This document shows, in pieces, positions 28,197 to 38,724 of a stretch of 64,000 bases of DNA. Each line of letters opens with the position of its first letter. Position 1 is the stretch's first letter. The DNA is from an uncultured Spirochaetota bacterium (GTDB lineage: Bacteria; Spirochaetota; UBA4802; UBA5550). The notes beneath the pieces are model-generated. The model was given only the letters and a program-made list of their open reading frames with translations. It was not told where the DNA came from and searched no databases. The stretch spans positions 1-64,000 of the forward strand of contig CAWHAA010000004.1 in assembly GCA_963827275.1 (NCBI GenBank), written 5' to 3'. The position numbers and the translations under genes are program-made.

Positions 28197-29576
28197 ATGA
28201 AAGATCAAAGCAGACGCCTGTTCAAGGCGGGGTCCTATATCTACATCGAAGGGGACGAGGACGTCGATGACGTCTATATCGTGGAGAAGGGCCTTATCGA
28301 GTTCAAGAGCTCGAATGACCGGGTGCGGACCCACGGCAACAGCGCGGGCCCCGGCGACGTGTTCGGTTTCATATCCGCCCTGAGCCGGCGCCCCCGGATG
28401 GAGACGGCGTTCGCGAAGGTCAACACCTCCGTCATCGAGTTTACCCGCGAAAAGTTCCTCGTGCTGCTTAAAAAAAACTCCGAGATCGCCATCAAGCTGC
28501 TCAATTCCTATGCTGATGAGCTGCGCCTCTACGACACCCTGATGTTTCCCGTGAGCGGCAGCAGCGGCGCGTTTATGTCCGATGACCTTCAGCTCTTCCG
28601 CCTGGGCGAGTATTACTTTACGATGAAAATGCACGCGAACGCCCTCTATGTCATGGACCGCTACCTCGCGTTGTTCCCCGGCGGGGAGGACAGGACCGCT
28701 GCCCTGAAGATGATTGACGAAATAAAAAAAACGGGGGTGAAAAACGTTCCCGTTTCCGCCCCGGAGGGCATCTACCGCCGCTACGGCGACCGGCAGATCA
28801 TATTTTGCGAGCACGAACCCGGAAACGAGCTCTTCATCATCAAGAAAGGGAGGGTCAAGATCGTCAAGTACCACGGCGGCAGCGAGATAATCCTCTCCGT
28901 GCTGAAGGAGGGAGAGATATTCGGCGAGCTGGCCATTGTGTCCGACAAGCCCCGCAACGCCACGGCCGTCAGCTTCGGAACGACCGAGGTGCTCCCTATC
29001 GACAAGGAATCGCTCCTGAAGCTCATACAGAAGTCCTCCGACCTCCTGCTGAGGATCTTTACCGCAATCAGCCAGCGGGTCTGGTTCACCTTCATCCGGA
29101 TGGAATCGAAGTTTTACGAAAAGCCGATCACGCGGGTGTACGCATTCCTTGAGAACAAGCTCATAGAGGACAACGTGTCGGTGAAGAGCAGGGAGCCGCA
29201 CGGGTTCAATTTCGGGATCGATGAGCTGCTGAAGATGAACAACGTCACGCCGGACAGGGTGGCGGCGGTGACCATGGAGCTGACCCGGGACCAGAACCTC
29301 GAATTCAATATGGGACAGACCGTGATCAATAACCCCGGCCTGGTGTCGTCAAAGGCGCGGTACTATCGTTCGCGTGACCACCTGTATGAAGTGGGCGGGC
29401 ATGAACATGAACCCGCGCCGGTGCTGCCGTCCGTCATTGAAGATCATGCGGAGGAGCCGTTTGAAGACCTTGCGGACATGAAGGTGCCGGAACCGGCGCA
29501 GAAGGAAAACGACGCCGCACTCCCGGGCAGCCTCTTTGATGAGCTCGAAAAAGAAGTGGAGAAGATGGACGGCTGA
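28197..29576 (+). CDS. Tandem cyclic-nucleotide-binding domain protein with central TPR-like repeat
   Basis: Two cNMP domains (GDVFGFISAL..PRMETA; GEIFGELAI..PRNATA) flank LFRLGEYYF..YLALFP; acidic tail. Confidence 0.85.
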   Translation: MKDQSRRLFKAGSYIYIEGDEDVDDVYIVEKGLIEFKSSNDRVRTHGNSAGPGDVFGFISALSRRPRMETAFAKVNTSVIEFTREKFLVLLKKNSEIAIKLLNSYADELRLYDTLMFPVSGSSGAFMSDDLQLFRLGEYYFTMKMHANALYVMDRYLALFPGGEDRTAALKMIDEIKKTGVKNVPVSAPEGIYRRYGDRQIIFCEHEPGNELFIIKKGRVKIVKYHGGSEIILSVLKEGEIFGELAIVSDKPRNATAVSFGTTEVLPIDKESLLKLIQKSSDLLLRIFTAISQRVWFTFIRMESKFYEKPITRVYAFLENKLIEDNVSVKSREPHGFNFGIDELLKMNNVTPDRVAAVTMELTRDQNLEFNMGQTVINNPGLVSSKARYYRSRDHLYEVGGHEHEPAPVLPSVIEDHAEEPFEDLADMKVPEPAQKENDAALPGSLFDELEKEVEKMDG

Positions 29577-29711
29577 TTATTCCCCGCCTGACCGCGTAGT
29601 CCCTGATCCCGGAAAATATGGATGTTTTGTCCGGCCCACCGCCGATTTTTGATTGACTCATGCCCGATCCCGGGACAGGTTTGTCGGAGAACCTGCCGGC
29701 GGAGGAACGAA

Positions 29712-30329
29712 ATGAAATATACAGTGGTAAAACAGTTTTCAAACGGTTTCATAGATAACATCTTTAACTTCATCTTCAAGTGGGCGGATTGCGGAAAGAT
29801 GTTCCTGGAGTTCCTCTTGTCTTTTCTTGAAATCTGGATCGCCTTTTTCCTGATCTTCTACAATGCATTCATGTATGTCTATTACCTCTTCCTGTTCTTC
29901 ATAGATCGCGGCGCAGAATCCAGTGCCGGCTACTTCCGCCTGCGGGGCTCGTACGCCGGGACATCGACAATTCCGAAATTCGAGATGACCCGGGTATCGG
30001 GAACGGTGCCTCCACAGTACGGAAAGCAGGCGGCGGCAAAAGCGGCCGTGTCCGTGGCAGGCGCGACTGCAGGCGCGGCCTCACAGGCCTTTTCGTCTCT
30101 CAGGTCGGCACCGCGCGGCATAAAGAAATCAGGGGTGAAGGAGTTTTTCGGCTCACTTGTCGATTTTCTCGGTTCTATCGGGAAAGCGCTGGCCGCCCCC
30201 TTCAAGAAGCTGGTGCTTCTTTTTGACCGCGGCGCAGAGCTGCGCAAGCAGCGGGAGACGGTGAAAAACGAGGAGAATAAAAGCCTGATCGACGAGTATA
30301 TAAAAGAATATGAAAAAAAGCGCCGCTGA
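29712..30329 (+). CDS. Hypothetical membrane protein
   Basis: GGAGG ribosome-binding site; Phe-rich N-terminal hydrophobic segment, Ala-rich linker, charged C-terminus. Confidence 0.7.
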   Translation: MKYTVVKQFSNGFIDNIFNFIFKWADCGKMFLEFLLSFLEIWIAFFLIFYNAFMYVYYLFLFFIDRGAESSAGYFRLRGSYAGTSTIPKFEMTRVSGTVPPQYGKQAAAKAAVSVAGATAGAASQAFSSLRSAPRGIKKSGVKEFFGSLVDFLGSIGKALAAPFKKLVLLFDRGAELRKQRETVKNEENKSLIDEYIKEYEKKRR

Positions 30330-30401
30330 CCTGCGGTGCGCGGAAAGCGGCATTACCGGCAACTCTGATGTTGCAAACAATATTATCAACGCGGGGAACC
30401 T

Positions 30402-31019
30402 ATGATACACAAGAATGTCATAACTGATTTTTCACCCAAAGAATGCTCACCGGACGTCCATTCCACTGCCTATGTCCATCCGCTCGCGGCGGTCATCGGG
30501 AATGTTGCCGTGGGCAAGAATGTGATGGTGTCGCCCTTTGCGTCGATCCGCGGCGACGAGGGACAGCCGCTGTATGTCGGCGATGATTCGAACGTGCAGG
30601 ATGGCGTGGTGATCCACGCGCTTGAGACGGAGCTGAAGGGCCAGCCGGTTGAAAAAAACAGCGTCACGGTTGACGGCCGCACGTACGGCGTGTATGTTTC
30701 AAACAATGTGTCCCTTGCCCACCAGGTGCAGGTGCACGGCCCGGCCTTCGTGGGACACGACACCTTCATAGGGATGCAGTCGCTCATCTTCAAGGCACGG
30801 GTCGGCAATAATTGCGTGATCGAGCCGAAATGCATAATCCTCGGCGCATCCATTCCTGACGGGCATTATGTCCCGGCGGGCAGCGTGGTGACCGACCAGG
30901 CGAAGGCCGACGCCCTTGCGAAAAAGATCACTGACGACTACGCGTTCAAAAATCTCAACAAAGGGGTCATACACGTCAACACGCACCTTGCCGCCGGATA
31001 TAACAAGGCCGGGATCTGA
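30402..31019 (+). CDS. Gamma-class carbonic anhydrase (Cam-type)
   Basis: IRGDEG, SNVQDGVVIHALET and SLAHQVQVHGP supply three His ligands; hexapeptide repeats. Confidence 0.9.
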   Translation: MIHKNVITDFSPKECSPDVHSTAYVHPLAAVIGNVAVGKNVMVSPFASIRGDEGQPLYVGDDSNVQDGVVIHALETELKGQPVEKNSVTVDGRTYGVYVSNNVSLAHQVQVHGPAFVGHDTFIGMQSLIFKARVGNNCVIEPKCIILGASIPDGHYVPAGSVVTDQAKADALAKKITDDYAFKNLNKGVIHVNTHLAAGYNKAGI

Positions 31020-31033
31020 CGCCGGGAAGTCAA

Positions 31034-32131
31034 TTGAAGCGGCGCCTTGTCCGGTATATCGCCTGGGCCTGCGTCATGCTGCTGGTCCCGCTTGCAGGCT
31101 GGATGTATCTCATCCTGGGCAGGACGCCGTCCGGTGAACGATTGGAGCGGCTTGTACGCCTGCCGAACTTTCATGACGGCAGGTTCCATAACGACGGCAC
31201 GGGGGGAGTCACCTTCGGACCCGGTGATGCGGCCGGCGTTATTGCTGAATATCTCCGGAAACCGCCGCTCACACGGCCGTCCGGCGCCGTCCCGTCGCAC
31301 AAGTCCGGATTGCAACCCGGCACCGGCGCTGTCTCCGTAGTATGGCTCGGCCACTCCTCGTATCTCATACAGTCACAAGGCTATACGGTCCTGGTTGACC
31401 CGGTCCTGTGCGGGTACGCGGGGCCGTTCCCCTTCTGGATGAAGGCGTTTCCCGGCTCTGACGCATACGGGCCTGATGACCTTCCCCGGATCGACCTGCT
31501 CGTCATCTCCCACGACCATTTTGACCACCTTGACTACGAGACCGTGATGAGGCTGAAGAAAAAGACCGGGAGGGTGCTGGTCCCGGCCGGCGTCGGCGAT
31601 CATTTTACTTTTTGGGGGGCTGCTCCTTCCTCTGTGACCGAACTCGGCTGGAACGAGACCGCTGTCATGGCCGGGGGGATCAGCATCACCGCCGTGCCCG
31701 CGCGGCACCTCTCCGGCAGGGGCCTGTCCCGGGACCGGACGCTCTGGGCGTCGTTCGTCCTGAAAATACACGGCCGTACGCTCTTCCTTGGCGGGGACGG
31801 CGGCTGTGGCGGCCATTTCAGCGAGATCGGGAGGGCGTATGGTCCCTTTGACCTCGCGATGATGGAATGCGGCAGGTACAACCGGCGGTGGCCGTCGCTC
31901 CACATGCTGCCGGAAGAGACGGTGCGGGCGGCGATCGACCTGCGCGCGCGCATGGTGCTGCCCGTGCACTGGGCGAAATTTGAATCACGGAGCCATCAGT
32001 GGAACGAGCCGGTCAGGCGCCTCCTGCGCGAGGCCGACCTGCGGGGCGTCAGGGTGACGGTGCCGATGATCGGCGAGCCGTATGCGGTGGGCGCGCCGGT
32101 TTGCAGGACCGGCTGGTGGGAAACCGATTGA
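31034..32131 (+). CDS. MBL-fold metallo-hydrolase (RomA/NAPE-PLD-like)
   Basis: WLGHSS, ISHDHFDHLD, PARHLSGR, GGDGG, HMLPEE, PVHW; N-terminal TM anchor; TTG start. Confidence 0.88.
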   Translation: MKRRLVRYIAWACVMLLVPLAGWMYLILGRTPSGERLERLVRLPNFHDGRFHNDGTGGVTFGPGDAAGVIAEYLRKPPLTRPSGAVPSHKSGLQPGTGAVSVVWLGHSSYLIQSQGYTVLVDPVLCGYAGPFPFWMKAFPGSDAYGPDDLPRIDLLVISHDHFDHLDYETVMRLKKKTGRVLVPAGVGDHFTFWGAAPSSVTELGWNETAVMAGGISITAVPARHLSGRGLSRDRTLWASFVLKIHGRTLFLGGDGGCGGHFSEIGRAYGPFDLAMMECGRYNRRWPSLHMLPEETVRAAIDLRARMVLPVHWAKFESRSHQWNEPVRRLLREADLRGVRVTVPMIGEPYAVGAPVCRTGWWETD

Positions 32132-32274
32132 TCGAATTGCATTTTTACTGAAAATACGGGATGCGCCTGCGGCGCGGGTATGCCTGCCAGGTGACCGGCG
32201 GACGCCGTGAGATACGGCCTGATACGAAGCGTCTCCCGACCGGCGTCATGCGTGCGCATATAACGGAGGTTGTC

Positions 32275-33249
32275 ATGAAGCATGTTATCATTGCGGTATC
32301 AGCCCTTATGGTACTGTCGGGCGCGGGCGCGCTCGTGGCCGATTCGAACAAGGACCTGGCATCCGCCATAGCCGAGGGAAATGTTGCCGCTGCCAGGACC
32401 GCGATCAGGGCCGGCGCGAAGCTCAGGGGAAAGAACGCGTACTTCCTGCACCAGGCCTGTTCGGGCGGCAATGCTGGGATCATCAGCCTGCTTCTTGAAA
32501 ACAAGATAGACGTGAACAGGAAAACCCCTGAGGGGGAAACGGCACTTATGAGTGCGGTAAATTATCCCCCGAAGGTTGATGCGGCGCGGCTGCTGGTGAA
32601 GGCGGGCGCTGACGTGAACGCGACGAACAGGAGAGCGCAGTCGCCCCTCCTCCTCGCTGCCCAGAACATGATCGATATAGAGCAGTACGCGGAGATTGCG
32701 TCGCTCCTGCTCGCCTCCGGTGCGCGGCCGGATGACAGGGACGACAAGGGCATGACCGCGCTCATGTGGGCGTCCGGCCAGGGGAGCCCGGTAATCGCGA
32801 GGCTGCTCCTTGCGGCGCGCGCGGATGCGAACCTGAAGGACGCCAACGGGATGACGGCGCTGATGTTTGCCGCGAACTTTTCGCAGAGGGAGAGCGTCGA
32901 GGCGCTGATCGGCGCGGGCGCGAAGGTCAATGAGCAGGACGGCAGCGGCTGGTCCCCGCTCCTGCATGCGATAAAGGGCGCGTTCGAGCCCGGCGTGGTG
33001 AATTACCTGATCTCGAAGGGCGCGACGGTGGGCCTTGCGGCGAAAGGCGGCTGGACGCCGCTCATGGAGGCCGCCACCGGAGGAAAACCGGAAATCGTCA
33101 GGGCCCTTGTGAAGGCAAAGGCGGAGGTGAACGCAAAATCCGGCGAGGGACGGACCGCGCTGGGATATGCTTCAATGATGATAACCAGTGATCCGGGATC
33201 TCCTTTCAGACAGGTGGTGAGTATATTGAGAAGCGCCGGGGGCAGGTGA
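32275..33249 (+). CDS. Secreted ankyrin-repeat protein
   Basis: Signal peptide; repeated GxTALMxA...LLxAGADVN units; GGAGG ribosome-binding site before ATG 32275. Confidence 0.92.
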   Translation: MKHVIIAVSALMVLSGAGALVADSNKDLASAIAEGNVAAARTAIRAGAKLRGKNAYFLHQACSGGNAGIISLLLENKIDVNRKTPEGETALMSAVNYPPKVDAARLLVKAGADVNATNRRAQSPLLLAAQNMIDIEQYAEIASLLLASGARPDDRDDKGMTALMWASGQGSPVIARLLLAARADANLKDANGMTALMFAANFSQRESVEALIGAGAKVNEQDGSGWSPLLHAIKGAFEPGVVNYLISKGATVGLAAKGGWTPLMEAATGGKPEIVRALVKAKAEVNAKSGEGRTALGYASMMITSDPGSPFRQVVSILRSAGGR

Positions 33250-33270
33250 GGGACTGTCGCGCCCGGGCGT

Positions 33271-35352
33271 TTATACCCTTTTCATGATGATCATGGTGAC
33301 GTCGTCCCTGCAGTCGTAATTGTTCAGGGACGCAATGATGGCGTTCTTGATGTCATCGACAGGCCGTTCAGCCGCTTTTCTGAACACCGCCCGCAGCCGT
33401 TCATCGCCGAACAACTGTGTGTCAGGATCGCGCAGGTCCTGGACGGAGCCGCGTTCCCATGCCTCGGTGATGCCGTCGGTATAGAGCAGCACCACGTCCC
33501 CCATGTCCATTGTGAAGACATTGTCCGTCAGGCCCCTCATCTCGTCCATAATGCCGATCCACATCCCGCTCGTTTCAATGAGCTCGACATCGCCCCTGTT
33601 TTTACGGTACACCATGATGTCCTGGTGGAGGCCGGAAAAGACGAACCGCCCGTCACGGTGCGCGGCGAGGACGGTAATGGTCAGATACTTATCCTCGTTG
33701 AGTTTTTTTATGTTCTGGTAGATGGTCTTATTGACTTTTACCAACACCTCCGAGGGCGCAATGCCCGGCTCGTTTTCTATAATGGTATTGATCGAGGTCT
33801 GCGCCATCATCATGATGAGACCGGCCGACACGCCGTGCCCGGACACGTCCCCGATGACGATCCAGTCCATCCCGGCCGCGCTTATGATATCGTAATAATC
33901 ACCACCGACGTCGCTCGCGGGCCGCATGAACGCTGATATTTCATACCCCGTGATCGACGGACGTTCCGGGAGGAGCACCGTCTGGATTTTTTTCGCCAGC
34001 TGCATCTCTCCCCAGAGCGCGTCGCGCGTTTCAATCAGGTTCTCGTTCATCGCTTCAATCTCCTCGTTGGCCGTCTGGAGTTCGGCGATCCTTTCCAGGA
34101 CTTTCAGTTCGAGACCCGCGTTCAGGGCGTAGAGCTCGTTTCTCAGGATGTTGATCCTGTCGACAAAGCCGAAGGAGAGGATGATGACCTGTAAAACCGC
34201 TCCCACATAAACGCCGTTTGTTGTCAGCACCGTCGCCGTGAGCGCCCCCTCGAGCTGCAGGACCATCATGATGACACCGGCGAAAAACAGGATAAGGGCG
34301 AAGGCGAAGAAGAGGGCGGGCCGTGACTTCTTCACAAAAATAAAGTGGATCGCCCAGACCACCCCCTCTATCGCGGAAAAACCGGCAAGGGCGGTGACGA
34401 CATTGATCGAGGTGTGGTAGTTGAAGACCAGGATTACCAGCGCGAGGATAATGGCCGTGACAGCCATGTGGACGTTCAGTATCCGGACCCATGCCGGGGA
34501 ATAATGCCTGATATTGTTATAGGTAATCATGAACGGGATAAAGGTAAGTATCACCGCTGACATGGCGATCGGTGTTGAAAAACTTCCGAGCCAGATGTTG
34601 TCCGGCCACAGGTACTGGAACGCCAGGCCGCTCATCGACATGGTAAAGAGGGCGAAGGAGCCGATATACATGACGTAAAAAAAATAGCTCCAGTCCCTTG
34701 TGGCGAAAAATATGATGAGATTATAGATAAACATGGCGAGTAAAATACCGAAATAGAGGCAGAAAAATATTATTTCACTGTCCCTCGTCGTTATGAAAAA
34801 ACCGTGCGAGAGCGCCGAAAGCTGTATGTTGACCGAAGACTCGGACTGATACCTGATATAGCAGGTTTTTTCCCCGCCTGCTTCAATCGCCAGCGGAATG
34901 ATAAAGCTCCTGTATTGGACGGGGCGGTGGGTGAACGGGTACCGGTTCCCGGTCTGTATCGTGCGGTAGCCGCCTTTTCCGTCCTGGCAGTAGAGGGTCA
35001 GGTGGTTGATGAGCGGATACGCCTGTTTCAGGTAGTATTCAATGTTTGACCGGGAGGGGTTCTTGACGGTGAACCGGACCCAGTATACGCTTTTCGTGAA
35101 CCCGAACCCGAGCTTTTCTTCGTTCGACGGTATCCACTGCAGGGCCCCGCTGCGATCCCCTGAAACAATATCGCGAAGGGCGATGGTGCCGCTCCTGTCT
35201 TCGAGATATTCAATATGCGTGCCGAGGGCGGCGTTCTCAAATTTTTCGTCAATTATAAACGGCCCGGCGGCGAGCAGGGGCTGGAGCGACCCGCAGGCGA
35301 AGAGGCAGGCTATCAGAGCGGGTTTGATGATGTTGAAAAGGGTCCGCGCCAT
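33271..35352 (-). CDS. 7TM-DISM sensor fused to a SpoIIE/PP2C phosphatase
   Basis: YLED..GFTKSVYWVRF extracellular domain, 7 TM segments, AKKIQ, VGGDYYD, IGDVSGHG, LYTDGITE, DDVT. Confidence 0.92.
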   Translation of the reverse strand: MARTLFNIIKPALIACLFACGSLQPLLAAGPFIIDEKFENAALGTHIEYLEDRSGTIALRDIVSGDRSGALQWIPSNEEKLGFGFTKSVYWVRFTVKNPSRSNIEYYLKQAYPLINHLTLYCQDGKGGYRTIQTGNRYPFTHRPVQYRSFIIPLAIEAGGEKTCYIRYQSESSVNIQLSALSHGFFITTRDSEIIFFCLYFGILLAMFIYNLIIFFATRDWSYFFYVMYIGSFALFTMSMSGLAFQYLWPDNIWLGSFSTPIAMSAVILTFIPFMITYNNIRHYSPAWVRILNVHMAVTAIILALVILVFNYHTSINVVTALAGFSAIEGVVWAIHFIFVKKSRPALFFAFALILFFAGVIMMVLQLEGALTATVLTTNGVYVGAVLQVIILSFGFVDRINILRNELYALNAGLELKVLERIAELQTANEEIEAMNENLIETRDALWGEMQLAKKIQTVLLPERPSITGYEISAFMRPASDVGGDYYDIISAAGMDWIVIGDVSGHGVSAGLIMMMAQTSINTIIENEPGIAPSEVLVKVNKTIYQNIKKLNEDKYLTITVLAAHRDGRFVFSGLHQDIMVYRKNRGDVELIETSGMWIGIMDEMRGLTDNVFTMDMGDVVLLYTDGITEAWERGSVQDLRDPDTQLFGDERLRAVFRKAAERPVDDIKNAIIASLNNYDCRDDVTMIIMKRV

Positions 35353-35354
35353 GC

Positions 35355-37448
35355 CTAACTCACCCTCTGTATGATTACTATCGTGATGTCGTCATTGCAG
35401 ACGTAGCGTTCCAGTTCTTCCAGTATCCGTGTCTTAATCTCACTGATCGGAGCGCTGCCGGCCGCGGTAAAAATGTTCTTCAGCCGGCCCTCTCCGAAAA
35501 TCGGGCTTTCGTGTTTTGATTTTTCCTTAACGGTGTCTTTTTCCCGCGCGTTAATGACGCCATCCGTGTAGAGGAGCATGATGTCGCCGATGCCGATTTC
35601 AAATGCGGAATCCGCAAGGGTGTCCGAGAGCTCGTCCACCATGCCGAGCCACATGCCGTTCGTTTCTATCAGCTCCACCTCGGCCCGGTTCTTTCGATAG
35701 ATCATGATGTCCTGGTGAAGGCCGGAAAATACGAACTTCCCCTCCCTGTGCGCAGCGAAGGCGGAGAGCGTCATGAATTTTTCACCGCCGAGCTTGCGTA
35801 TGTTGCGGTAGAGGGTCCTGTTGACTTTGATCAGCACCTCCGACGGCGTGAGGTCCGGGCGGTCCCGGATGACAGTATTGATGGCGGTCTGCGCCATCAT
35901 CATGATGAGGCCGGCCGGAACGCCATGGCCCGAAACGTCGCCGATGACGATCCAGTCCATTCCCCCGGTGTTGATGATGTCGTAGTAATCCCCGCCCGTG
36001 TCCTCCGCCGGGCGCATGTAGGTCGAGAGGTTATACCCGGGGATCGCGGGAGTTTCCGGCAGGAGGACCGTCTGTATTTTTTTCGCGAGTTGTATCTCCG
36101 CCCACAGCGCGTTTTTTACGTCCATGAGGTTCCTGTTGATGACCAGCACTTCTTCGTGTATCGCGTTGAGTTCCCCGGTGCGCTCCTCGACTTTCAGCTC
36201 AAGGTCCCGGTGCAAAAGGCCCAGCTCGTTCTTCATGATGTTTATTTTATCAACCAGCCCGATCGACAGGGTCATGACCTGGAACACGGCCCCGATATAG
36301 ATGCCCTTCATGGTCAGGAAGGTCGGGGGGACGATCCCCCGGTGGAACAGGACGACGGTGATTACGCCAAGAAGAAACAGGACATACGAGCAGATGAAAA
36401 ACAGCGCCTGGCGGGATTTTCTGGCGATCATTTGATAGGTGATAGACACTATCGCGAGGCTCGCCGCAATGCCGGCAAGGGCGTTTGCGGAGGTTATCGC
36501 AAACCAGTAGTTGCGGTTGACGAGCATGATGACGAGCAGGATGACCGACAGGATGGCTATTGCCTTGAAAATCACGTACGAGATTTTCATTTGCTCCCGC
36601 ATATTGGTGAAATCAACGGCAAACTGGATGATTGAAAATATAATTATCACCATCGTGATCGCAATCGGCAATTTGCCGATCGCGGCGTTGCCCGGCCACA
36701 GGTATTGGAAGGCCATGCCGTCGAGTGTCATGGTAAACAGGCCGAATGAAGCAATGTAGAGGGTGTAATAAATATAACTCCGGTCCCGCGTCGAGAAAAA
36801 TATAAACAGATTAAATATAAACATAACGAAGAAAATCCCGTAAAACAGCCAGTAGAATATTGCATCGTTGTTTTTGATGCGTTCGAATGTCTCGGGCGAC
36901 GCGACCGAAAGATGGATATTGATGGAGCCGTGCGAATCAAGCCGGAGGTAGAGCGTTTCCGTCACTCCCGCTCCTATCGTGAGGGGAAAGATAAAGTTTT
37001 TGTATTTATACGGCCTCTGCGAAAAGGGATAGGCCGCGCCGGTTTGAATGACGGAATAAGCCCCGGTTTTGTCGGGAACGTACAGCGCCAGCCTGTCGAT
37101 ATGGGGGTATTCCTGGTGCAGGTAAAATGCAATGTCCCTGCCTGTCGGGTTCTTCAGCGCGAACCGCACCCAGTATACCGCTTCCCTGAACCCGAAGCCG
37201 GGCTTTTCTTTGCGGGACCGCTGCCATGCCAGCCTGCCGGCGGTCCTGTCGAGCATGATGTCATTAAATGAGAACGATCTGTCTGTATCCTCAAAATACT
37301 CGATTGAGCGGCCTATGACCGTAACGGTGAGGGCCTCGTCGATGATGACCGGCTCCATTGCATACAGCGATGCCCGCGTTCCCCCTGCGCAGAGGACCGC
37401 AAGGGCGCAGATCATCACGCCTCGCTTGATGCTGCGGTGCAGGCACAT
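35355..37448 (-). CDS. 7TM-DISM sensor fused to a SpoIIE/PP2C phosphatase (tandem paralog)
   Basis: Same architecture: GFREAVYWVRF, GGDYYD, IGDVSGHGVPAG, LYTDGV, DDIT. Confidence 0.92.
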   Translation of the reverse strand: MCLHRSIKRGVMICALAVLCAGGTRASLYAMEPVIIDEALTVTVIGRSIEYFEDTDRSFSFNDIMLDRTAGRLAWQRSRKEKPGFGFREAVYWVRFALKNPTGRDIAFYLHQEYPHIDRLALYVPDKTGAYSVIQTGAAYPFSQRPYKYKNFIFPLTIGAGVTETLYLRLDSHGSINIHLSVASPETFERIKNNDAIFYWLFYGIFFVMFIFNLFIFFSTRDRSYIYYTLYIASFGLFTMTLDGMAFQYLWPGNAAIGKLPIAITMVIIIFSIIQFAVDFTNMREQMKISYVIFKAIAILSVILLVIMLVNRNYWFAITSANALAGIAASLAIVSITYQMIARKSRQALFFICSYVLFLLGVITVVLFHRGIVPPTFLTMKGIYIGAVFQVMTLSIGLVDKINIMKNELGLLHRDLELKVEERTGELNAIHEEVLVINRNLMDVKNALWAEIQLAKKIQTVLLPETPAIPGYNLSTYMRPAEDTGGDYYDIINTGGMDWIVIGDVSGHGVPAGLIMMMAQTAINTVIRDRPDLTPSEVLIKVNRTLYRNIRKLGGEKFMTLSAFAAHREGKFVFSGLHQDIMIYRKNRAEVELIETNGMWLGMVDELSDTLADSAFEIGIGDIMLLYTDGVINAREKDTVKEKSKHESPIFGEGRLKNIFTAAGSAPISEIKTRILEELERYVCNDDITIVIIQRVS

Positions 37449-37696
37449 CTACAGCACCACAAGGGATCGGACCGGACCGCAGTCTGTCACGGCCCGTCGA
37501 ATCGGGTTACATGGCATAGATATTAATGTGCGAATGATAAATTTTCTCTCTGCGGCCGATACGCAATGGTATGAACCACAAAACAACTTGTTAGTTTAAT
37601 GATGACAGATTATCGGGCCATGTCAATACAATTTTGATGTGCGGACCGGTTCCACTTTGCCCGCGTGCGGCCTTATTCCGGGTAACGCACCGTTTA

Positions 37697-38146
37697 TTAC
37701 TGGCCGACCGGCGTTTTGCAGCTCCTGCAAAATTTTGCTCCCCGGTAGAGGGATATATGGCACGAGGGGCATGTGTACCTGGCAGCTTCTTCCTCCAGCC
37801 ATTGCGCGGTGCCGAGTTCTTTCCAGCGGGGGACCGAGCGAAGTATCACTTTTTTCCCCTCAGCGACAGGAAAGTTTTCGATATGTGCGCAGGGGAAGTC
37901 GGCGCACCTGAAACAGCCTTCGATATTCTTTTCTTTTGTGCAGGACTTTATCGGGCAGACCTTGCAGTAGAGGAAGATGCTCTCCGGGTCGTCTGACAGG
38001 CACCCCGCGCAGTGCGCCTGTCCCGGTGTCACCCCGAAGGCCTTCGCGAATTTTTCCCTGAGTTTTTCATTGTTCTCCTGCGTGGCGATGTAGACACCGC
38101 ACGCGCCGCAGTAGAGCCCGCACGGGGCGGCAAGCTGTTTGTTCAT
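37697..38146 (-). CDS. DUF3795 family Cys-rich protein
   Basis: APCGLYCGAC, CAGC, CKVCPIKSC, CFRCADFPC, CPSC, CRSC. Confidence 0.85.
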   Translation of the reverse strand: MNKQLAAPCGLYCGACGVYIATQENNEKLREKFAKAFGVTPGQAHCAGCLSDDPESIFLYCKVCPIKSCTKEKNIEGCFRCADFPCAHIENFPVAEGKKVILRSVPRWKELGTAQWLEEEAARYTCPSCHISLYRGAKFCRSCKTPVGQ

Positions 38147-38179
38147 GATGGCACCCCCGATTTTTTTATGTGCTCCGGC

Positions 38180-38545
38180 TTACCGGAGACGCTCCATTAT
38201 TTTTTCGTGATATTCGGGAAGAAATACCTTGCCGGTCCTCTTTTCCACGAGCATGTTGTAGCGTAGCTGCTTTTCGTTCAGCCTGACCCTGAGGGCGACC
38301 TTTTCCTCGTCGCGCGCGCAGATTCTGAGGAGTTCATTTATGGTGGAGATTTCTTTCCTGAGGACGATTTCTTCAGGCAGCACTCCCGCGTTGCGCATGA
38401 TCTTTATGGCCATGCGGAGCTCGGGCGAGACATTATCCAGCCCGTCCGGCGGCAGGGGCTTTCCCGCGAAGGGATTGTTGTCGAATTCACCCCGCTCCAT
38501 GGCTTCCAGTATCCTGTGCTCGGCGATGATTTCGAAGGCGTACAT
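38180..38545 (-). CDS. DUF1992 family protein
   Basis: AEHRILEAMERGEFDNNPFAGKPL, ELRMAIKIMRNAGVLPEE. Confidence 0.88.
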   Translation of the reverse strand: MYAFEIIAEHRILEAMERGEFDNNPFAGKPLPPDGLDNVSPELRMAIKIMRNAGVLPEEIVLRKEISTINELLRICARDEEKVALRVRLNEKQLRYNMLVEKRTGKVFLPEYHEKIMERLR

Positions 38546-38724
38546 GATTGTCCAATGCGCCGCGGACCGATATTTTGCAAGTAAAAATTAATCTCCCCGG
38601 CAGCGGGCGTGGTGCCTTTTTCCCGGGGAACGCCATAGCACAGTGCCGGCCGGGCCCTTGATTTAAAAAATATGTTGAAAATAACGGGCATTTCACGCAG
38701 TATAAAAAAAAGCCGGGGGGGAGC

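Noticed and set aside
30402..31019. Gamma-CA as carboxysomal CcmM
   Set aside because: No Rubisco small-subunit-like repeats and no shell or Rubisco genes nearby.
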